Origin: Vicinamibacteria bacterium
Lineage (GTDB): Bacteria > Acidobacteriota > Vicinamibacteria > Vicinamibacterales > UBA8438
DNA: 64,000 bases
Direction of reading: 5' to 3'
Assembly: GCA_022821235.1 (NCBI GenBank)
Contig: JAJEEA010000337.1
Span: 308-64,307 of the forward strand
Shown in pieces: positions 45,706 to 56,350 of the stretch; within the stretch, counting starts at the first letter, position 1, and each line of letters starts with the position of its first letter. Under the pieces are notes generated by a model. The model worked only from the letters and a program-made list of their open reading frames with translations, was not told where the DNA came from and searched no databases. The position numbers and the translations under genes were made by a program.

Positions 45706-47340
45706 CTATTCCGGGAGCCCGAAGGTGAACACCACGTTGCCGGCGGCGATGGTCACGTACTGCTGCCCGTCGACGGCGTAGGTCATGGGGGCGGCGTGCA
45801 CCATGGCCCCGACCGCGACGTGCCACAGCTCGCGGCCGGTGGAGGCGTCGAGGGCGTAGATGTAGCCGTCGACGCTGCCGCTGAACACGAGGTCGCCGGC
45901 CGTCGCCAGCACCCCGGCCGTCGAGCGCGGCTGGAGGGCGTACTCCCACCGGACGTCGCCGGTCCGCGGGTCGATGGCGCGGATGGCGCTGTGGTAGTTG
46001 TCGACCGGCAGCGGACGCTGGAAGCCGCCGCCGGTGAACTGATCGCCCTCGACGTACTCCTCGTCGCGCTTGTAGTAGATGTCCTCGCCGTCGTAGGCCT
46101 GCACGTAGAAGAGCTCGGTGCGCGGGCTCCAGGCGGGCGAGAACCAGTTGGTGCCCCCGACCACCGGCGGCGAGACGAGCGTGCCTTCGGGCGTGGGCGA
46201 GGTGTCGGGCACCCGGATGGGCCGGCCGTTCGAGTCGAGGCCCACCGCCCAGGTCTGCTCGGCGTACGGCGTCCCGAGCAGGAACTCGCCGGTCTCGCGG
46301 TCGAGCGTATAGAAGAAGGCGTTGCGGTTCGCCCACATCATGACCTTGCGCTCCTCGCCCTCCCAGGTCAGGTCGGCGAGAATCGGCACCTGGATCGCGT
46401 CCCAGTCGTGCACGTCGTGCGGCGTGAACTGGAAGTACCACTCGAGGCCGCCGGTCTCGTGGTCGATGGCGAGCACGGAGTCCGAGTAGAGGTTGTCGCC
46501 GAGCCTCACGTCGCCGTTCCAGTCGGGGCCGGGGTTGCCGGTGCCCCAGTAGACGAGGTCGAGGTCGGGGTCGTAGGCGCCGGTGATCCAGCTCGCCGAG
46601 CCCCCGGTGCGCCACGACTCGCCGGCCCACGTCTGGTTGTCGGGGTGGTCGGGGCCGGGAATCGTCCACGCGCGCCACGTGAGGTCGCCGGTCGCGGCGT
46701 CGTAGGCGTCGACGAAGCCGCGGATGCCGTACTCGCCGCCGGCGATGCCCGTCACCACCTGGTCCTTGACGACGAGCGGCGCGGCCGTCTTGCTGTAGCC
46801 CGAGCGGTGGTCGGCGACTTCCCGGTCCCACACCAGGTTGCCGGTGCGTGCGTCGATGGCCACGAGGTGGGCGTCGAGGGTGCTCATGAAGAGCGTGTCG
46901 CCGAGAATGGCCACGCCGCGGTTGTTCCGCCCGCAGCAGATGCGCAGGTCGTCGGGCAGGGGGTGGTCGTAGCGCCAGTACTGCCGGCCGGTGGCGGCGT
47001 CGACCGCGACCACGTTGCTCGGCGCCTCGGTGATGAACATCACCCCGTCGACCACCAGCGGCGACGTCTCGGCCCGGTCGAGCTGCGGGATCTGGTAGGC
47101 CCACTTCAGCTCGAGCCCGCCGACGTTGCGGTTGTGGACCTGATCGAGCCGGCTGTAGCGCTGGGCGTCGAGGGTGCCCGAGTACATCAGCCAGTTCTCG
47201 GGCTCGTCGGCCGCGTTCAGCAGCCGCTCCCACGTGACGGGCGAGAAGGACGGCGACGCGCCCGCCGCGTCATCGGCCGGTTGGGCGGACGAGGCGGCGG
47301 CGAAGGCGAGCAGGGCGATGGCGGTGGCAAGCCGTTGCAT
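45706..47340 (-). CDS. PQQ-dependent alcohol dehydrogenase, methanol/ethanol family (type I quinoprotein), secreted
   Basis: The ATG at 47340 gives MQRLATAIALLAFAAASSAQ. It contains NWLMYSGTLDAQRYSRLDQV, the vicinal Cys-Cys ICCGRNNRG, and FTPHDVHDWDAIQ. Confidence 0.9.
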   Translation of the reverse strand: MQRLATAIALLAFAAASSAQPADDAAGASPSFSPVTWERLLNAADEPENWLMYSGTLDAQRYSRLDQVHNRNVGGLELKWAYQIPQLDRAETSPLVVDGVMFITEAPSNVVAVDAATGRQYWRYDHPLPDDLRICCGRNNRGVAILGDTLFMSTLDAHLVAIDARTGNLVWDREVADHRSGYSKTAAPLVVKDQVVTGIAGGEYGIRGFVDAYDAATGDLTWRAWTIPGPDHPDNQTWAGESWRTGGSASWITGAYDPDLDLVYWGTGNPGPDWNGDVRLGDNLYSDSVLAIDHETGGLEWYFQFTPHDVHDWDAIQVPILADLTWEGEERKVMMWANRNAFFYTLDRETGEFLLGTPYAEQTWAVGLDSNGRPIRVPDTSPTPEGTLVSPPVVGGTNWFSPAWSPRTELFYVQAYDGEDIYYKRDEEYVEGDQFTGGGFQRPLPVDNYHSAIRAIDPRTGDVRWEYALQPRSTAGVLATAGDLVFSGSVDGYIYALDASTGRELWHVAVGAMVHAAPMTYAVDGQQYVTIAAGNVVFTFGLPE

Positions 47341-47709
47341 GTCGGTCTCCCGGTGTCGGTTCGTCTGGTGAGCGGGCGCGGCCCGCGCTCCGCGGATGCA
47401 GTCCCAGCCGGTCAAGATACCACGCGTTCGTGGCACCCCAAAGGCCGATCGCCGGCCCCGCGCTCTTGGAGCGGCTGTGCCGGACTCCCGGTCGAACCGG
47501 GTTGGGCGGGCCACGGGGCCGGGCCTCGGCGGCGACCCGGCCCCCCTGACCTTCCGGGAGTCGGCAGCACATCCCCGCGGTCGGAGGCCGAGCCGGCCCG
47601 CAGGCGAAACCCGAGGGCGTGGGCTTGGGCCGGGAGGCGAAGCGGTCGTCATGCCTGGGGACGGGGCGGCGACAGGTTGTCCGTGCCGACCGGACTATGA
47701 TCGCCGTCG

Positions 47710-48447
47710 ATGCCAGCGAGCTTCGGATCCCGCCCGTTCTTCCGGTTTCTCCACAAGGGACTCGGCCTGAAGAACCTCGCCGACTACATCGAGCAGCGGC
47801 AGAAGCTGCTGGGCCTCACCAACCTCGACGTTCGCACCGTCATCGACGTCGGGGCCAACAAGGGCCGGGCCGCGCGCCGCTTCCGGCGGCTCTTTCCCGA
47901 GGCGCGGGTCTACTGCGTCGAGCCGATCCCCCGGCTGTGCCGCAGGCTGGAGCAGTGGGCGGAAACCGAGGGTGATGCCGTCCGGGTGTTCGAGCTCGCG
48001 CTGTCCCGCGCGCCGTCCGAACAGCCGCTGTACGTGCACCGGCAGAGCGACATCCTCTCGACGCTCGCGGCGCCCGCGCCGGGCGAGGCGGCCCGGTACG
48101 AGCCGATCCCGGTGCAGGTCGAGACCCTGGACCGGCTGGCGGCCGGGTTGCGTCTCGAGCCGGACGTGCTCGTCAAGCTCGACACCGAGGGCCTCGACCT
48201 CGAGGTCATCCGCGGCGGAGAGAAGACCCTGCGCGGCGCCGCCGCGGTCATCGTCGAGGCGCCGTTCTACCCCAACGCGGCCGGAGACGGCGCCCCAACG
48301 TTCGAGGACATCGCCGGCGCCCTCCGCGACCTCGGCTACGTCTACCGCGGCAACGTGCGCCTCGGCTGCCGGCACGGCACGCCGATGCTGGCCGACGTCC
48401 TGTTCGCCCGGCGCGAGGCGGCCGAGCGGTTGGCGGCCCGGGCGTAG
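47710..48447 (+). CDS. FkbM-family methyltransferase
   Basis: VIDVGANKGRAARRFRRLFPEARVYCVEPIP (SAM motif I and the FkbM pattern), with KLDTEGLDLEVIRGG later. Confidence 0.8.
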   Translation: MPASFGSRPFFRFLHKGLGLKNLADYIEQRQKLLGLTNLDVRTVIDVGANKGRAARRFRRLFPEARVYCVEPIPRLCRRLEQWAETEGDAVRVFELALSRAPSEQPLYVHRQSDILSTLAAPAPGEAARYEPIPVQVETLDRLAAGLRLEPDVLVKLDTEGLDLEVIRGGEKTLRGAAAVIVEAPFYPNAAGDGAPTFEDIAGALRDLGYVYRGNVRLGCRHGTPMLADVLFARREAAERLAARA

Positions 48448-48533
48448 GATCCCTGGTCGGACGCGTCGCGGTTTCGGACGGGAACGGGTAGAATCTCCGC
48501 GATCCCGCTACGGCAACCCTCGGAGGTGCAGCG

Positions 48534-49253
48534 ATGACCCTCTCCCGACGCAAAGCCCTTTCCCTGTCCGGCTCCACCCTGGCCGGGCTCTCCCTCGGCG
48601 TCCTGCGGCCCGAGCATGCCGCGGCCCTGGCGCAGGGTCAGGACGACTGGCCGGACTCGCTCGTCGAGCGCCCGTTGCGCGAGGGGTTTCCCGCGCCGCT
48701 GCCGCTCAACGCGGACGGGTCGGCTCCCGAGCATCCCGAGAGCGCGGCCGGGCCCATCACCGACCCGCTGATGTGGCGCACCCAGGGGCGGCAGACGCCG
48801 CAGATCGAGTTCGACTACCGGCGCATGGCGATCCGGGTCGACACCCGCGGCATGGCGCGGCTCTCCGGGACCCTGCGGTTCTCGGACCTCGAGCAGTTGC
48901 CGGTCGTCTCCGGCACGTACCTGCTGCAGTGCGGCGCCCCGAACCCGCGAGGCATCGTCAAGTGGACGGGCGTCCGGTTCAGCGACTTCGCGGACATGCT
49001 CGGGGTCATCCCCGGCGTACACTACTGCCGCTTCGTGGGGTCGGACCGCTTCTACGCGGACGAGCCGATGACGACCCTGCGTCACCCGCAGGTGATGCTG
49101 GCGTGGATGATGAACGACGAGCCGATCCCGCCCCGGCACGGCGCGCCGCTGCGGCTGGTGGTGCCGTTCCGATACGGGAACCGGAGCGTGAAGGCGATCA
49201 CCGAGATGACCTTCAGCACGCCGGGGCCGCGGATGCCGCCGCTGCCGGCCTGA
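48534..49253 (+). CDS. sulfite-oxidase-fold molybdopterin oxidoreductase (TAT-exported)
   Basis: Twin-arginine signal MTLSRRKALSLSG. Also LLQCGAPNPRG...KWTGVRFSDF...NDEPIPPRHGAPLRLVVPFRYGNRSVKAI. Confidence 0.75.
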   Translation: MTLSRRKALSLSGSTLAGLSLGVLRPEHAAALAQGQDDWPDSLVERPLREGFPAPLPLNADGSAPEHPESAAGPITDPLMWRTQGRQTPQIEFDYRRMAIRVDTRGMARLSGTLRFSDLEQLPVVSGTYLLQCGAPNPRGIVKWTGVRFSDFADMLGVIPGVHYCRFVGSDRFYADEPMTTLRHPQVMLAWMMNDEPIPPRHGAPLRLVVPFRYGNRSVKAITEMTFSTPGPRMPPLPA

Positions 49254-49530
49254 CGCGGCAATCCGGTCGGCGAACGTTCAGCCGCATCCGGCATCGGCCA
49301 CTCGTGGTCGGGGTGTGCGGGGCGGGGAGGTCCACGCCGATTGCGGGCCGGCGGTGGTCGAGGGTGGCGAGGCCCGTCCGACAACGGCTGTCGTCCGTGG
49401 CGGGCTCGCCGTTGCGCCGTCCGTCGTGGTCCGCAAGAACGCTGGGGGCGGGCGGGTGTCGCTCGCGTAGCTTTGCCTGCCGCGACGCTCGGCGACGAGG
49501 AGACCGCCACGTGCAGAGGCGCTCGGCGCG

Positions 49531-50381
<851 letters not shown>

Positions 50382-50385
<4 letters not shown>

Positions 50386-52748
50386 GCCTGGCCTCCGTGG
50401 ATGATCTGCCACAGCTTCTCGGGCCTCAGCATCATGTCGACGTGGGTGACGCCGAACCCGCTGAGCGCGTCGACCGCGGCCGACACGATGCAGGGGGTCG
50501 ACCCCAGGGTCCCGGCCTCGCCGACGCCCTTGGCGCCGAGCGGGTTGACGGGCGTGGGGGTGACGGTGGCGTCGAGCTCGAACCGCGGCAGGTCGGCCGC
50601 GCGGGGAATGGCATAGTCCATGAACGAGCCGGTCAGCGGCTGGCCGTCGCCGCCGTAGCGGACCTCCTCGATCATGGCCTGGCCGATGCCCTGGGCGAGG
50701 CCGCCGTGAATCTGGCCCTCGACGATCAGCGGGTTGATCAGGTTGCCGGCGTCGTCGACGGCGACGAGGCGCAGCAGCGCGAGCTCGCCGGTGTCGCGGT
50801 CGATCTCCACCATCGAGATGTGGCAGCCGAACGGGTAGGTGTTGTTGGCCGGCTCGAAGAACGCCTCCTCGCTCAGCCCGGGGGAGAGCCCGGCCGGCAG
50901 CGGCACGGGGACGTAGGCGTAGGCGGCGACCTCGGCGAACGACTTGCCGGTGTCGGGCGACCCCTGCACCGAGATGCGCCCGTCCTCGAACACGAGGTCC
51001 TCCTCGTGCGCCTCGAGCAGGGCGGCCGCGAACTTCGCCATCTTCTCCCGGACCTTGGCCCCGGCGAGGTGCAGCGCCGTCCCGCCGACCGCCTGCGACC
51101 GGCTGCCGAACGTGCCGATGCCCTGCTTCACGACGCCGGTGTCGCCGTGGTGGATGCGGACGTGCTCGAACGGCACCCCGAACTGGTCGGCGAGCATCTG
51201 CGCGAACGTGGTCTCGTTGCCCTGCCCGTGGGGCGAGGCGCCGGTGGTGGCGCTGATGCGGCCGTCGCGCTCGACGGTGACCTGCGAGTGCTCCCACCCG
51301 CCGGTGGGCAGCGACGCGGACGGCCCGAGGCCGCAGACCTCCACGTACATCGCGAGGCCCAGGCCCACGAGCCGCCCCTCGGCGCGGGCGGCGTCGCGCT
51401 CGCGCTGCAGCTCCTGCCAGCCCGCGTTCCCGAGGGCCCGGTCGAGGGCCTTGGCGTAGTCGCCCGAGTCGTAGACGGCGCCCATCTGGGTCTTGTAGGG
51501 GAACCGGTCGGCGGGGATGAAGTTCCGCCGCCGCAGTTCGGCCGGGTCCATGTCGAGCCGCCGGGCCAGCATGTCCATGCCCCGCTCGACGAAGTAGGTG
51601 GCCTCGGGCCGCCCGGCGCCGCGGTAGGCGTCGGTCGGGGTCTTGTTGGTGAACACCTCGGTGAGGGTGGTGCGGATGGCGGGGATGTCGTAGGTGGCGT
51701 TGGCCATCAGCATCGTCAGGGTGGGGATGGCCGCCGTCAGCAGCATGTTGTAGGCGCCGACGTCGGCGATGAGCCGCAGCTTCAATCCCAGCACCTTGCC
51801 GGCGCGTGTCGCCGCGATGTCGACGTAGCCGATGATGTCGCGCCCGTGGATGGTGGCGAGGAACGCCTCGGAGCGGTCCTCGGTCCACTTCAGGGGCAGG
51901 CCGAGCCGCTTGGACAGGGCCGACACCACGTACTCCTCGCCGTAGATGTTGATCTTGGCCCCGAACCCGCCCCCGACCTCGGGCGCGATGGCGCGCACCT
52001 CGTCCTCGCCCATCCCGTTCAGCTTGGCGACGAACGTCCGGAGGATGTGGGGGTTCTGGGTCGACGACCAGACGGTCATCGTGCCCTTGCCCCGCTCGTA
52101 GTGGGCGACGACGCCGCGCGGCTCCATCGCGGTGGGGGCGAGGCGCTGGTTCACCATGCGCTGCGACACCACGACGTCGGCGTCGGCGAACGCCTTGTCG
52201 ACGACGCTGTCGTCCACCGTCTTGCCGTCGGGCGAGACCCCGGTGCCGCTCGGCACCAGGGGCACCGCGAGGTTGTTGTCGAAGTCGGCGTGGATCACCG
52301 TCGGGTGGCCGGTCATCGCCACCTCGGGATTGACCACCGCGGGCCGGGTCTCGTAGTCGACGACGATGGCGTCGGCGGCGTCCCGGGCCGTGTAGCGGTC
52401 CGCGGCCACCACCACCGCCACCGGCTCGCCGACGTAGCGCACCACGTCGGTGGCGACGGCGCGGTGCTCGGGCGAGGGGAACGGGGTGCCGATGGGCATC
52501 GGGTCGAGGAACTCGGCGATCTGCGTCCCCGTGAACACCGCCTCGACGCCGTCCATGGCCTCGGCCGCGCCGGTGTCGATCGAGCGGATGCGGCCGTGGG
52601 CGACGTCGCTGCGCTTGAAGGCGGCGTGCCGCAGGCCGAAGATCTTGACGTCGTCGACGTAGGTGCCGTGCCCCTGGACGAGCCGCGGGTCCTCGCGCCG
52701 CTTGACGCGCTCGCCCACGAGCTTCGGCAGGACCGGGGCGGCGCTCAT
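50382..52748 (-). CDS. XDH/CODH-family molybdopterin large subunit, form-II CoxL-like (AYRGAGR)
   Basis: 788 aa containing GERVKRREDPRLVQG, GGGFGAK, the active-site loop ...TDAYRGAGRPEA... and PLGAKGVGEAG. Confidence 0.9.
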
Positions 52749-52876
52749 GACGACCTCCTCGCAGCCGCGCTGGGGGCGGCGTCGACGATGTGCCGGTAGC
52801 CGGTGCGGGCGCTCATGACGACCTCCTCGCGGCCGCGTTCTGGACGGCGTTGACGATGTGCTGGTAGCCCGTGCAG
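52741..52876. repeat. ~68-bp tandem duplication of the coxS-3'/coxL-5' junction
   Basis: 52741-52808 against 52809-52876: the first 22 nt are identical and overall identity is ~87%. The duplication creates a 23-codon mini-ORF (52745..52816, [23 protein letters not shown]) between coxS and coxL. Confidence 0.8.
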
Positions 52877-53280
52877 CGGCAGAAGTTGCCGTCGAGCCCC
52901 TCGCGGATCTGCGCCTCGGTGGGCGACGGATTGTCCTCGAGGAGGTTCACGGAGGACATGATCATCCCCGGCGTGCAGTAGCCGCACTGCAGCCCGTGCT
53001 CCTCCCAGAACCCGTCCTGCAGGGGATGGAGGTCGTCGCCCTTGGCCAGCCCCTCGATGGTGGTGACCTCGGACCCGTCCGCCTGCACCGCGAAGATGGT
53101 GCACGACTTGGCGCTGCGGCCGTCGACCAGCACCGTGCACGCCCCGCACTGGCTGGTGTCGCAGCCCACGTGGGTGCCGGTCAGGTCGAGGTGCTCGCGC
53201 AGGAAGTGCACCAGCAGCAGGCGCGGCTCGACCTCGGCGGTGCGCCTCCTGCCGTTGACGGTGATGGAAACCTGAGCCAT
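52813..53280 (-). CDS. XDH/CODH-family [2Fe-2S] small subunit (CoxS-like)
   Basis: [29 protein letters not shown]...[12 protein letters not shown]...CGYCTPGM...NFCRCTGY contains both 2Fe-2S Cys clusters. I chose the ATG at 53280. Confidence 0.9.
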   Translation of the reverse strand: MAQVSITVNGRRRTAEVEPRLLLVHFLREHLDLTGTHVGCDTSQCGACTVLVDGRSAKSCTIFAVQADGSEVTTIEGLAKGDDLHPLQDGFWEEHGLQCGYCTPGMIMSSVNLLEDNPSPTEAQIREGLDGNFCRCTGYQHIVNAVQNAAARRSS

Positions 53281-53814
53281 ATGCGTCCTTTCGAAGCGTC
53301 CCGGACGGCGGCGGCCCGCATGCCGCTGTCGCGGCCGGCCGCCCGTCAGGGGTTGATGGACCGGCGCCGCACGCCGGGTCCGAGCCCCCGCCGGCCGATA
53401 TGGTGACTCGGGATGCCCGGCTCGCGCAAGCCGGAGCCTGACGGCCGGCGTTCCCCTGCTCGCCGGACACCGTCTCGGTTTGCCGGGGCTTCGGCGCGCC
53501 GCGTACAATCCCACCGGCATACGTCGTTACGGTGCGGGGCGAGGAGCTCGTGGTGCAGGCCGCGGTGGCGCCGGGACGGGCAGGGCGCGGGCTGCGAACC
53601 GCCACCGGGCCGTTCTGGCGCCGCGCGGCAGGGGTGGCCGGGTGCCGGGTCCGGCATTGGGCGTCCGCGGAACGAGCGGTCCGCGGAGCGACGCGGTCCA
53701 CGCGTGAGCCCGCGATGGTCGAACCGCAGCCGGGCTCTCGTCACGGGCGCTTGGGAAACTCGGTCCCGTTCGAACGGCGGTGAAGCGCCGTGGCGGGACT
53801 GGCTGGAGGTTGTC

Positions 53815-54681
53815 ATGAGACAGCGACAGACGAGGCGGGCGGTGACGGGGCGCGGTTGGATGCAGGCGATGGTGGTGGCCATCGCATTGGCCGCGGCCGG
53901 GCTCGCGGCGGCGCCGGCCGACGCGCAGGACGGCGGGCGGCTCAACAAGGTGATCGAGGCGCTGGAGGGCGGGGGCGCGGCGATCGCGAACCGCGAGTGG
54001 CGCTTCGTCGACATGGAGCACTCCCCGTTCTCCGGCGAGCGCGTGCAGCGCGTGCTGGCGGAGATGAACGAGGAGCGGGACGCCGACGGGCGGCTCAGCC
54101 TGACCCCCCTCATCCGCATCCCTCAGGACGGCGACGAGGACTTCAAGTGGGCGGTCAAGCAGGTCCTCGACCTCGGCGGGTTCGGCATCATCCTGCCCCA
54201 CGTCGACCGGGGCGAGGAGGCGGTGCGGCTGGTGCAGGCGATGCGCTACCCGCCGGCCCGCGGCTCGTCCGCGCCCGAGCCCCGCGGCGAGCGCGGGTGG
54301 GGGCCGGGCGGCGCGACGCGCCTATGGGGCCTGAACAGCGTCGAGTACCACGCCGTGGCCGACGTGTGGCCGCTCAACCCCGACGGCGAGCTCTTCGCGG
54401 TGGCGATGATCGAGTCGCAGGAGGCGGTCGACAACATCCAGGACATCCTGGCCGCCCCGGTCAGCGCCATCCTGGTCGTGCCCGGCGACATGGCCATCGA
54501 CCTCGGCCTCGGGCCCAACCCGCCCGACCGGAACCACCCCGAGGTAGAAGCCGCGTTCGACACCGTGCTCGAGGCCTGCCAGGCTCAGGACCGGGTGATC
54601 TGCGGCATCGGCGACGGCGCGAGCCGCCTGCAGCAGCGCCTCGACGAGGGCTGGCGCTTCGTGTTGCCGCTCGGCGGGTAG
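53815..54681 (+). CDS. HpcH/HpaI-family aldolase-fold protein with an N-terminal signal peptide
   Basis: Contains FVDMEHSPF, LIRIPQ, VLDLGGFGIILPHV, MRYPPARG...RG, MIESQEAVDN, VPGDMAIDLGL and HPEV. The N-terminus is MQAMVVAIALAAAGLAAAPADAQD. GGAGG lies upstream of the ATG at 53815. Confidence 0.8.
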   Translation: MRQRQTRRAVTGRGWMQAMVVAIALAAAGLAAAPADAQDGGRLNKVIEALEGGGAAIANREWRFVDMEHSPFSGERVQRVLAEMNEERDADGRLSLTPLIRIPQDGDEDFKWAVKQVLDLGGFGIILPHVDRGEEAVRLVQAMRYPPARGSSAPEPRGERGWGPGGATRLWGLNSVEYHAVADVWPLNPDGELFAVAMIESQEAVDNIQDILAAPVSAILVVPGDMAIDLGLGPNPPDRNHPEVEAAFDTVLEACQAQDRVICGIGDGASRLQQRLDEGWRFVLPLGG

Positions 54682-55096
54682 AGACCGGCACCATGGCGGC
54701 GCAGCCGCGTTCGGCCGGCGGCTGCCGGGAGCGGGCGCGAGAGCAGTGAGCGGTGGGCACTCATGGCCCCGGGACGCAGGCGTCCCGCTTCGCCGCCCGC
54801 CTGGGTTGGGTGGCTGCCAGTGGCTGCCGCCAATCATTGGACTAACCCGCTTCGGGGCGCACGGCAGCATCGCGGGCTCGACGCGTGCCTGCCCGGCGGA
54901 TCGATGGCAGGTGCGTCACGGTCGACGTGAACGGCGCCGGTTGCTCCGGGCGACTGGCACGCCGGCTCGTCGACGTGAAGACGACGAACGGTTGTGCGGT
55001 TCGCCCCCAGACTGCTCTTAATGCTGGCAATGGGTTCGGCGCGAGTCAGGTAGTGGCGGGGGCAGGGAGCGAACCTATTGAAGCGGGAGACTGCTC

Positions 55097-56140
55097 GTGA
55101 CTGACGGCGACGCCCTGCTGGCGCACTTGTCCGGGGACTTCTCCTCGGGTTCGGAGAACGCGGCCACGAAGGCTCTGGCGTACGTCCTGAACAGTTCCGC
55201 CAGCGCCATGGAAGCGCTGGATGACTTGGTGCGGTCGGGCGTGACCGATGTGAACCCTGTTCGCAAGGTACGCACGCAGAGAGTCTATCCGGACGGGGTG
55301 AGACCAGACCTGGTCGGTTTTGAGGACGAGGACGGCAAGAGGCAGCGAGTGTTCGTGGAGGTCAAGTTCTGGGCGGATCTCACGGACAAGCAACCTGTTG
55401 GATACCTCGACAAGTTGCCCGAAAAGGACGGGCCGGCGGTGCTGCTGTTCCTGGTACCCGACGATCGGGTCTGGAAACTGTGGCCCATCTTGCGCGAGCG
55501 ACTGTGCAACGCGCGCAAGCGAATGTCCGACATCGATGCGGAGCGCAAGTGCATGCGAGAAGAGGGCACCGATCGATACCTGATGATCATCGGTTGGACC
55601 AGCCTGCTCGACTGCATAGCGGCGCGTGTACGGGATGCCGGCGAACAAGGTATCGAGGCCGACGTTCGGCAACTGCGGGGACTCGTCCAATACGGCAGTG
55701 ATGGTATTCGAGGCCAGGACGAGGAAGACGATCGCTACCTGCGGCTCATCATCGACTCGGCCACCGACCAGGCCGCCCGTGGCGGTTGGCTGAGCACGAA
55801 GGGTCTGAGGCGCGTACGGAGGAAGGGCCGTTACGGAAGGTTTGTACGGTTTCTGGAGTCGGGAGTCACGCCTTGGTTCGGTATCAACGATGAACTCTAC
55901 AAGAACGTGGGCGAGACACGTCTGTGGCTACGGTTTTCCCCGCCCCCGCCCAAGCCGAAGCGGGGGCTCCTCAACCAAGCGCAGTTCGGCGCCTTGCGCG
56001 AACACTATCAACGAACGCGAGGTGCCGACTACAGCTGGGTTCCGCTCGATTTGAAGCCGGACGTGGAGTTCTCGGTGGTCCTGGACGACGTGTTGGACGA
56101 ACTCCAGCGAGTCTCCGAGGTGTTGAACAGGGTGAAGTAG
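55097..56140 (+). CDS. hypothetical protein with an N-terminal PD-(D/E)xK-nuclease-like motif
   Basis: 347 aa with ...YPDGVRPDLVGFEDEDGKRQRVFVEVKFWA... (a D ... E-x-K arrangement). GC is visibly lower than in the backbone. GTG start. Confidence 0.55.
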   Translation: MTDGDALLAHLSGDFSSGSENAATKALAYVLNSSASAMEALDDLVRSGVTDVNPVRKVRTQRVYPDGVRPDLVGFEDEDGKRQRVFVEVKFWADLTDKQPVGYLDKLPEKDGPAVLLFLVPDDRVWKLWPILRERLCNARKRMSDIDAERKCMREEGTDRYLMIIGWTSLLDCIAARVRDAGEQGIEADVRQLRGLVQYGSDGIRGQDEEDDRYLRLIIDSATDQAARGGWLSTKGLRRVRRKGRYGRFVRFLESGVTPWFGINDELYKNVGETRLWLRFSPPPPKPKRGLLNQAQFGALREHYQRTRGADYSWVPLDLKPDVEFSVVLDDVLDELQRVSEVLNRVK

Positions 56141-56350
56141 TTGCGGCCGCGGCGGACGACGTTCTCCCGAGCTCGGTTGCCCGTCGCACGCGCGCGGCGG
56201 CGGTGAGCGCGTGGCGACCGGGCGTACCGGCACGATTCGACCGAGGCGCGGCGACGTCGGGCGGGGTGCAACGCTTCGTCGAATGCCGCCCGGGACCTTC
56301 GCTACGGACCCTGGGGTTTCGGGAGACGAACGAGCAGCCGATATAACGCC

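Noticed and set aside
53281-53814. A 530-bp gap between coxS and the aldolase-like gene with ORFs such as 53532..53783, as a possible small regulator or sRNA.
   Set aside because: The ORF translations are low-complexity R/G/A-rich, and I recognised no motifs or convincing structure. The gap could hold divergent promoters, but I cannot support a feature.
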